A stretch of DNA of 64,000 nt from Eledone cirrhosa (Eukaryota), in NCBI GenBank assembly GCA_964016885.1, contig OZ024746.1, forward strand, positions 24,552,001 to 24,616,000, given 5' to 3'. The notes under the pieces were generated by a model, which saw only the letters and a list, made by a program, of their open reading frames with translations, ran no database searches and was not told the origin of the DNA. This document shows positions 52,991 to 64,000 of the stretch, piece by piece. Position 1 is the first letter of the stretch; each line of letters opens with the position of its first letter. The position numbers and the translations under genes are program-made.

Positions 52991-53655
52991 TGTTTGTTAC
53001 AGTTGTTGGTAGTGATAATGATTTTTAGCCATATGTCAGCTTTGACCAAACAGATCCATAATAATAAAATTACACTCCAATTATGACCATCCCATCTTTT
53101 TCGTTTTGTTTTTATTTTGTATTTTTTTTTCTAAGATACAATAACATATGTATGACTGCATTACCTAATGTCATTGTCCTCCTTTAAGACAGTAGATATG
53201 GCTTATAGTTTTAGCGTTCGAACAATCACGTATAGGTCTTGGTTTTCATGGTCATTATCCTCGATGTTATTTGAGCGCAAACCAAGCGTAATCGAATCAA
53301 CTTATGATCAAACATGTCCTAGTCGTTACCTAGTCTTTCATCAGTAGCAGTGAGTACGTAATCAAATGCATTCCTTCTTTATTTAATGAAGGTATCTTTT
53401 GTGGGGAAATTTAGCTGCTATCTCTAGCGAGTCGAGAGAGATCAGATAGAACGCTCCCTATTTAACTCGTAGTAGTTGTTCGTTAACATATAGGGGCTTA
53501 AAGGGAGAACCTAAAGCTTGTCAATCTTGGTAGAACTGCTGCTTATAAGTGGGCGGGGCTAATGGAAGCCAGAAAGATTTAAGCAGTTTGTTCACTTATA
53601 TCATTGCTTGGAATATTAAATCCATGTAACGATATATATATACATATATATATAT

Positions 53656-53728
<73 letters not shown>

Positions 53729-53732
53729 GTAT

Positions 53733-53851
<119 letters not shown>

Positions 53852-53906
53852 CATATATATATATAGTACATTATGAAGAGATGTATCTGTGTGTTTCTCT
53901 CTATAC

Positions 53907-53951
<45 letters not shown>

Positions 53952-53954
53952 CAT

Positions 53955-54038
<84 letters not shown>

Positions 54039-54176
54039 ACACATATATATATATATATATATAAAAGTATATATAATCATCAAAACAAACATAGCATAAT
54101 GAGGCTGTTTGCTTGCAAATGAATCGAATATTGTTATTATTCTTCGATGTAAAACACATAAATACAATGTAATCCG

Positions 54177-54255
<79 letters not shown>

Positions 54256-54316
54256 AACGTGTGTGTGTAATTTTCGTGGGATTCAACCGACCAGCCAACC
54301 AACCAATAAACATCTC

Positions 54317-54368
<52 letters not shown>

Positions 54369-54375
54369 ATATGTA

Positions 54376-54451
<76 letters not shown>

Positions 54452-54454
<3 letters not shown>

Positions 54455-54551
54455 GGTGTCCAAAGAAATGTATACACAAAGGCTGTGCATTCTAATAAAT
54501 ATTGTCTTTACAGGTAATCAAAGTGTGTATAGATTTTTGGGGGACACCCTG
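54452..54551. mobile_element. Tc1/mariner-type MITE, family M2 (100 bp)
   Basis: TA|cagggtgtcc...ggacaccctg|TA. Confidence 0.8.
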
Positions 54552-54568
54552 TATATATGTATAAATAA

Positions 54569-54604
<36 letters not shown>

Positions 54605-54660
54605 AAAAAAAGATGAAATTGAAAATGCAACTGTATATATATATATATATGTATAAATAA

Positions 54661-54691
<31 letters not shown>

Positions 54692-54720
54692 CAGTTGCAT
54701 TTTCAATTTCATCTTTTTTT

Positions 54721-54755
<35 letters not shown>

Positions 54756-54782
54756 TTTATACATATATATATATATATATAC

Positions 54783-54843
<61 letters not shown>

Positions 54844-54888
54844 CGTATATATATATATATATATATATACGTATATATATATATATAC

Positions 54889-54939
<51 letters not shown>

Positions 54940-55282
54940 CTATTGTTGGGTGAAAGATTGAAGAGCTTGACGCAGCCCAAAATACCTGAGAGCCTAGGGT
55001 CCCTGTCATGGATTAATATTTCCTTTACACTTATAAGGCTTGGAGTTTCCATTGATCCCTTTTGTTAACTGATACGTCCCTTTACGGTCTGAGTTCAAAT
55101 CCCGTCGAGGTTAACTTTGCCTTTCATCCTTACGGGGTCGATAAAATAAAGTACCAGTAATGAACTGGGTAATTGCTCGTCTTGTGCCAAAAGTAGAAAC
55201 AATTATTTATTAACACCAAGAAGTTATTTTAGTACGCTTTAATAGGTAAGAAAGCTATCTAATTACGGTCTCGTTTTCAGGA

Positions 55283-55690
55283 GACGGATCTCTGCATTGT
55301 ACAGCGACAACTGTTACGTAGTGAACAGTCACCTATTAGACCGTTCAATATCCTGCGCACGATCCGCCAAGGTTTTCCCTTCCCATCCCTGCTGTATGTA
55401 CTAAATTTAGAACCATTACTGCACAAACTGGAGACGTAGAAAAGCGAGCATGGTGAAGTGACTTGCTCTGAGTTTACACCAGTAGATTAGAGGATGACAC
55501 CTGGGACGAGGGACTTGCCCAAATAGCCAGACTGACCGTAGCTTTTTGAGAAGTGTTTCCACGAGCTACCTCAGGGAATTTTCTTTGTTTTACTTTTATT
55601 GATATTTCTTTGTTACTTTATATTTACACATCCTGTGCTGTCCTCCAATGTTTTACTTTTTGTCAACCCTTCTTGGTCAATAAAGAAAAC
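55283..55690 (+). mobile_element. Internally deleted, decayed Tx1/L1-type LINE fragment
   Basis: Encodes ISALYSD..FNILRTIRQGFPFPSLLYVLNLEPLLHKLET, matching the RT at 14210-14360(-), joined to a T-rich 3' UTR ending AATAAAGAAAAC. Confidence 0.75.
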
Positions 55691-55979
55691 ACAGCTTTGC
55701 CTTTCATCCTTACAGGGTCAATAAAAAAAAAACGAGGTACGTACTAGCGTCGGTTTAATCGACTTTCGCCTCAACCAAAACACTGTTGGCATTCTGCTTC
55801 ATTCACAAACCATTATTATTAATATTATTATTGTTATTATTACTATAATTATTATTATGTAGGAATGTGTAAAGAAAAGATGATACAGGAGACAAACTAT
55901 TTGAAAATGACCAGTCATTTTTTATTCAGTTTTATTTTATCAAATGGGCAATAATGAAAATCATGTGTATGTGTATGAT

Positions 55980-56070
<91 letters not shown>

Positions 56071-56071
56071 C

Positions 56072-56125
<54 letters not shown>

Positions 56126-56289
56126 GCGAAATTAAAAAATAAAAATACGAATATGAATTAAGTGTATAAAAACGACCAGTCATTTTTATACATTTTATTT
56201 TTAAATAGGTAACAATACAATGTGTGTTTAATGAATATATATATATGTGTGTGTGTGAGTGTGTGTGTATGTTTTATATTATTTATTTA

Positions 56290-56333
<44 letters not shown>

Positions 56334-56537
56334 TATTATAATGCATATATATAACATATACTATCTATCTATCTATCTATATATATGCACACACATATAT
56401 ATATATGTGTATATAATATATATATGCACTCACATATATATATATGTGTATATAATATATATATGCACTCACATATATATATATAAATATACATATATAT
56501 ATATTTATTTATGTATACATACATAAATATATATATG

Positions 56538-56617
<80 letters not shown>

Positions 56618-56733
56618 ATTAATAATCAAAGAGAAATATACAAAAATATTTCTGAACTACGTCTAAGATAATAATAAATTGAATTCTTTATCGTCTGACC
56701 AGCAGGACAAGAACAGCGCTTATACTTTCCTCG

Positions 56734-56791
<58 letters not shown>

Positions 56792-58280
56792 AGTCTGTAT
56801 GTGTCTGTATGCAGTGGTTGTTAGTGTGTGTGTATATATATATATACATTTCTACAACTATAGGAATGTGGGAATGTGTGTCTGCATGTTTGCGTGTGCG
56901 TGTGCGTGTGTGTGTCTATGCATGCAATGTCATAATGGTTGATGAAAATGAGTGTTAATAATTAGGAAAGAACTGAACTCCTGCCTCCTGTTACCCGTTA
57001 AACTAAGGGTCAGTGCTGTGCTTGAGAATGGTTGCAGTGTAGTCCACTCGTTTATATGTCTTCATATATGTCTTCATATATGTCTTTTACTGGGCATCTA
57101 AGGGCTCACTGACCAATACTTTAAAACCCCTCTCACTTTACAGAATATTTGTATCAGTTACGAAATAAAGTGAGCGCGGTACAAGAATAGGAAAGAAATG
57201 TACAATAGATAGAAAATCTACTCGAAATTTTCCCGCATAAATTTGAATAAATCTTGGACCGATTAAGCTTATCAACCAATGAAAGCTTTCTTGCCTTCTT
57301 TCTTTCGCTCCTTCTATCTCTTCAAAGGTAAAATATAGGGTGGAAGTTGCCTCATGGTCCTAGCGGACAGAACTGCAAAGATGTTACCCCGAAAAATAGC
57401 GAAAAAGATAGATTAAAGGAACCAAAGTTGTACAGAAAGAAACTTCAGAAATGAGAGTTCAACTTTCGGCAAATAAAGTCTGTCACTCGTTTTGGATTCT
57501 CAGCTGAAATTATTTTCCCTTTCATTTCATCACAGGTAAGTATCTGTGGATAATGGTCAAATGCCAATATGTTATTATCATTTGCGATGTAATATAATTG
57601 GGATGGCCTCACGTTTATTGGAAAACTCTGATTACAAAATGGCCCAAGCAAAATCAATCAAGCTAGCGTGTAAAACATTTTATAGCTCACCATATTTCGA
57701 GATTTTCCTCTCAGCCAGCCCAACAGTATAACAGTCAGCATCGAACAAGCCAAGTCTGTAGCTCAGTTTAAATTCCTGAATGAAGCTGCCTCGATTTTGC
57801 TCATGTCCCTAATACTATTAAGTTAGGTATTAACATCAAAACCCTTCATTTTCTGCTTCTAATACATTATTAGGAATTTTTATTTTTCAGTATCCAATAG
57901 TTATAACTCCAAGCTTCATTATATTGTCAAATAAATGTATTTCATTATTGTATGTTGGACCTCCTTCAGTTCCAACGATGAACGTTCCAGTTGTTCGATC
58001 AATGGAACAACCTACTCGTAAAATTAAATGAGCATTCCACGGACACGTGGGGTAGTTCAGCGGGACAGAGTGATAAGACTGACTCTTCAAATTACAGGTA
58101 CAAGATTTCTTTTTTTTATTTAACTAATTGAACTAGAAATAAACTGTATTTCTCAAAGACAGCACGCTAACCACTAAGCCACGCACCTACACTGTTTCAT
58201 TATAAGATTCCTACTATACACACGTCAACTAATATTTATATAGTAAGAACCAATTAAAAGAACATTACATATATATATTA

Positions 58281-58325
<45 letters not shown>

Positions 58326-58389
58326 GCGAAAAATGGAACGGGAACAAAACAGAGAGGCAGTACAAACAAAGGTTTATTAGTTTCACGCT

Positions 58390-58441
<52 letters not shown>

Positions 58442-58478
58442 GTATGTATGTATACGTATATACATATATATATATATG

Positions 58479-58538
<60 letters not shown>

Positions 58539-58539
58539 A

Positions 58540-58589
<50 letters not shown>

Positions 58590-58857
58590 ATATATATATA
58601 TATATATATATAAGTCTATAACCATATTATGTAAGAAATAGTCTTCTAATATCAGCAGTATTACATCAACCAATCAACATTCCTATACTCATGGTAGATT
58701 TTCCATATGTGACTCAATTAAAAGAAAAATTTTATTGACAAATGTAATATGTTAATAACATATATATTTGTTTTACTAGTATATACATACATATATATAT
58801 ATATACATACATGTATGTATATATATGTGTATGTATATATGTATGTATACATATATG

Positions 58858-58889
<32 letters not shown>

Positions 58890-59804
58890 TATATTTATGT
58901 GTGTGTGTGTATGTATGTATGCATATATATGTATGTGTGTGTGCGCGCTCGCGCGTGTGCGTGTGTGGGTGTGTGGGGTGGGGAAATAATTAGGAAACCA
59001 TTTAGATATTTTCAAATGATTGTTATTATTTTTGTTGTTGTTTTTGTTATTATATTTTTTAACTTCTTGAATTACCGCCAGCAGCAATTCAACCAAACAA
59101 AAAAAAAATCAGTCTGCATTATTAATACTATTATAACTATTATTACTAGCTCTTGTAGTTGTTGTTGTTGTTGGTGGTGTCGTTGTTAATTACATTTCTG
59201 TCATGTTGCAATTGTAACGTTCAACATATATCGGTATTTCTTCGTCTTACTTATTTATATATCTTTTTTTTGTTATTTCATTTTTTAATGTTTAATGTTT
59301 CTCTCCTGTTCTACAGACTTTTCAGTTTCTTAATGACACCATGTTTTTTTTATTTTTTTTTATTTTTTTTTTTTATATTTTTCTCAAACATTCGTGACAT
59401 CTGCATAATTATCAGTTTTATTGTACATATTTGTTTATTTGTATATGGTTTTTTTTTTTTTTTTTTTTTTTGCTATTTACTTAATGTCACAAAGTATTTT
59501 GTTGAAGACGTCGTAATGTTCAACATTGAGATTATCTTAATGATTCTTGATGGTGTCATTAGGTTTTCTTTCAAGTTGACATAAGTTTATCCCTGACCGA
59601 CAACGTTTACATAAATGTCTATTGCAACTGATAACATTCATACTGACATTCATACATACATATACATATAAGACCTACAATGGAATGACACATCCCATCC
59701 ATAGAGCTATATGTTGTATCGCTCTCAGACTCTTCAATGAAGTAACCGGATTAAATGTATATATATATATATATACATATATACATACATTTTTAGTCCG
59801 GTAA

Positions 59805-59885
<81 letters not shown>

Positions 59886-61297
59886 TATGTTATTTTATAT
59901 ATTATATTATGTTGCGTAAACACCGCTCACATATTAACAATTACGTTCGGCTTATTATAGTTAACATCATAGCTCTCTGTTTAAAAACTTTCAGTCATTG
60001 TCGTGACGCTTTATATTTTGCCGATAACGTTTCATTTTTAATTAGATTTCAAATATATCTTCATTTTTCCGTTTTTGTATATTACTCCTTTTCGTTGTTT
60101 TCTTAATTCTTTTCTTTTTTTTTTCTTTTCGTTGATTTCTTTCCCAGACTGTCTCAAGAACTGTCTTTTCATCTGCCAGTGAAAATTGATAGTCTTTCTC
60201 AAATAAATGTAATTTTTTTTAATGGTCGGTTCTGGTTGACCAACTTATTTTGATCCTGTCAGATACACGATTCAACGCGTATTCCTGAATCGAATAGTTT
60301 TGAAAAATTTCAGGAAGAGATTATTAGCATGAGGAAATACAAAATTTAATTCTTAATCCAGAGACCTGCTGTAGAATTAAAGCTTTATCTGTACTTCCTT
60401 TTCAACATTGTAAAATCCCTCTCCGGATTCTCTTGGTTGTTTGTTAATTTCTTCGTTTCTTTGTGTATTTAGTTTGTTTGTTTTTTTGTTTATTTAGTGC
60501 GTTTGCGTTGTGTGACAATATGCCATACAATTTTGGTTGTAAACGTAAGTAAAGAACTTACACGGTTATACTTAGCGAAGGTCATCGAAAGAATCGCCAG
60601 TAGCACCTGAAATTAGAAAAACAAACAAAATGAAAATTATATTGGCATAAATGATATTTTCTAATTCAGGTAGCACAGGGTGGGGAAGCAATTGGGAGCA
60701 TGGAGGGGGGTGATTAGATAGAAGACAGTACTTGACTCCTAGAATAATTAAAGATAATTTGGTGTAAAACTGGAGAAGAAGAAGAAGAAGAAGAAGAAGA
60801 AGAAGAAGAAGAAGAAGAAGAAGAAGAAGAAGAAGAAGAAGAAGAAGAAGAAGAAGAAGAAGAAGAAGAAGAAGAAGATATGTATATCTTTGTTGTTTTT
60901 TTTCTTTCTAGTTTCACTAGAACATTTTTAATGGCTACCACCTCCAAACAACACATTACAAAGAAAACACAATACATACAACTCATTGACTATTTTTAAA
61001 TCTGAAGGAGTTCTAACAATCATCTCCAGCCCAATAGAACTGTTTAAATAGTACCACCTTCTAACAATTCCACATACAATACAATATTTTTAATCCGAAG
61101 GAGCAATACTATAGCTGATGTTAATCTCCAGCCCAATATTTTAGTTTTCTTCATAGTTTAGCTTGAAAAATGTTGAGTCTGGCTTTTAAAAGGAGGATTG
61201 CCACGCCTTTCTTGTCTCAGAATCACTTGAAACAGTCAAACATTTCAGCATCCTGTGCCAGAGAGTCTCGCAAACATTATTAATTATTATACATAAT

Positions 61298-61560
61298 AGA
61301 TGATGATGATGATGATCATGATGATCATGATGATGACGACGACGATGATGATGATGATGATCATGATGATCATGATCAGGAGGAGGAGGAGGAGGAGGAG
61401 AAGAAGAAGAAGAAGAAGAAGAAGAAGAAGAAGAAGAAGAAGAAGAAGAAGAAGAAGAAGAAGAAGAAGAAGAAGAAGAAGAAGAAGAAGAAGAAGAAGA
61501 AGAAGAAGAAGAAGAAGAAGAAGAAGAAGAAGAAGAAGAAGAAGAAGAAGAAGAAGAAGA
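61298..61560. repeat. (GAT)n(GAG)n(GAA)n microsatellite; another (GAA)n at 60775-60878
   Basis: Directly visible. Confidence 0.95.
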
Positions 61561-62506
61561 CTGTAGACTTCGTTCATTGGCCACAAGAGCGAAAAGATGC
61601 TGGTTACAATATACAAGAACAAAAAAAAAAACAAGACAAAGTAGGACTTTACTTCGATTAAAGAGGAGAGAGGGAATCAACAAAAATAACAACAACAACA
61701 ACAATAATAATAATAATAACCGCCCATATTTTATTTATCGACTTTTATGCACCAATTTATGTAAACATACAAAAATATACATTTTCCCCTATCCATGCCC
61801 AACCTCTAAACAAATTCGATTTACTGAATACAGAATTTACTGGAATTAAGAGGCAGAACAGGAAGGAAATGATAAAGGAATTTTTCAAAAAAGGCGGCAA
61901 AGTAATACAATATTTTGTGTGTGTCAGCCATTTTCTGAAGGGAAGTTGGTTTCAACGCAATATGAGAAGATGGCGATGGAGATTACTCGATATAGAGAAT
62001 TTGCAGAGAATGTGTATATGTTTGTGTGTGTGCGCGTGTGCGTGCATGCCCACGTGTGTGTGTGTGCTTTTGTGTATATGTATATATATATATGTGCGTG
62101 TGTGCGTGCAAGTTTGTATGTGTGTGTATGTATTTCCCTGTCTCTATGTTCATGACCAGTAACTTAGCGGTTCGACAAAAATGACATCGATAAAATAAGT
62201 ACTGGTGTGCATATGATGCACAAATAATTCAAGGAGGTGCTCCAGCGTGGACGCGGTCTAATAAGTAAAATCAGTAGACAAATAAAAGGGTAAACAAATA
62301 TATGTTTGAAAATATGTGTTTATATATGTATATATATATATGTGTGTGTGTGCGTGTGTGTATGTGTTTGTATATATTGTGTGTGACTGAATGAAAATGT
62401 ATAAGTGAGTGTCTATGCACGTACGCATGCATAAGTGTATATACTTATACGTATAAAATATATATATAAATATAAATTTATGTATCTACATGTATGTATG
62501 TATATA

Positions 62507-62589
<83 letters not shown>

Positions 62590-62956
62590 ATGCGGGTATT
62601 TTTAGTGCAGCGCTTTAAGCAACTGCAGTACCGTTTCAATTTGAACTTTTGATATTTTTGATACGGGTCTGTTTAGGGCAAAAGTCTGCTTTTCAACACT
62701 GAATAGATGAGGTCGTTGATAAGATGAAATAAATCAGCCATTGGGCTTTTTAACATATTCAATTTCCTCTGTATCAGTTTCAATTAATTAAATATAATAG
62801 ACACACTCGATTTGATACTTAACTACAGCAAGGGATTCCATTATGTAACAACATGAAGTAAGCCATCTACTTAAACTCATACACACACTCACGCATGTAT
62901 ATGTGTGAGTGAGAGTATGTGAGTTTGTGTGTGCGTATATGCGTGTATATACATAT

Positions 62957-63046
<90 letters not shown>

Positions 63047-63076
63047 TATCTCGCTTGCTTTTCCAACTTTGAATAT

Positions 63077-63192
<116 letters not shown>

Positions 63193-63377
63193 TTACATTG
63201 CTTGATTCATTCATGTTACAAAATAGAATTATTTATATAGAGAGAGGGAGAGGGGGGGGGCAGATAGAAAGATATATGTTATATTTGTGCGCGTTTTGAA
63301 TGTGTCTATTTTACACGGGTACACACACACACGCACACACACACACACACACATATGTATGTATATTTATGTATATG

Positions 63378-63423
<46 letters not shown>

Positions 63424-63916
63424 ATATGTATAATATATATACATACATATATGCATACATACATACGTGCATACATATGTCCATATATGTACATACATAT
63501 ACTTCAATACGCATACGTATATGTTTATAAATATATTACTATATGCATATATACATATATATACATAGACATATGTATGTGGCGTGCGTGTGTGTGTGCG
63601 TGTGTGTGTGACAACAACTACATGCCCAAACCTTTAGTGATTCCTTCATATATACAAATGTGAACAATGTCAACACTGATCTCAAAGTGAAGCTACTAAT
63701 TCGGAGTAGAAACTCTGATATAGAAACGTTTCATACTGCAACTTGCACTGGAATCGATTTAATCGATTTTCCCCTCGCCCAAAATTGTTGGCCGTGTGCC
63801 TAAATCAGAAGCCAGCATGAGTTACCTTTGTTAAACTGTGTTTAAAGATGCTTCCCCTTAAATCTGCTCGCTTTTCTAATATAGTTTATAAACTTAAATG
63901 TTTTGCCTCTTACATA

Positions 63917-63990
63917 CGAGGCTCAGCTGAAAACTTCATAGGCTGACTATGAAAGAGTAATGCTAGAGCTGTGAAATCTTGCATGCATTA
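63917..63990. mobile_element. Mariner-type MITE M1, partial, opposite orientation
   Basis: TA|cgaggctcagctgaaaacttcataggctgactatg, then the reverse complement of the M1 body. Confidence 0.7.
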
Positions 63991-64000
63991 GAGGCATGAG

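Noticed and set aside
57150-57900. Non-repetitive stretch with short ORFs on both strands
   Set aside because: No recognisable motif or splice structure; cannot call an exon or transposase without a search.

Overview
AT-rich, microsatellite-saturated eukaryotic non-coding DNA. The SINE families and (TA)n/(TACA)n density suggest an octopus/coleoid cephalopod genome (inference). I found no credible host protein-coding exon, and nearly all listed ORFs are simple-repeat artefacts. The one intact gene is a 1210-aa Penelope-like retroelement (PLE) ORF (RT plus C-terminal GIY-YIG, ~160-aa Asn-rich insert) between 462-bp pseudo-LTRs that differ at one base. Decayed elements include three Tx1/L1-type LINE pieces, a CRE-type endonuclease fragment inside 104-bp inverted repeats, a Helitron PIF1 remnant with a canonical 3' end, RTE/RT scraps, two Tc1/mariner-type MITE families and many tRNA-type SINEs. 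The most striking pattern is about ten sequence-distinct type-I hammerhead ribozyme motifs. Most are carried by short (0.15-0.5 kb) inserts in or beside (TA)n tracts that fold back on themselves at or just upstream of the ribozyme. There is also a 35-bp G-U-rich pri-miRNA-like hairpin. All pairings and alignments were done by eye and need computational confirmation.
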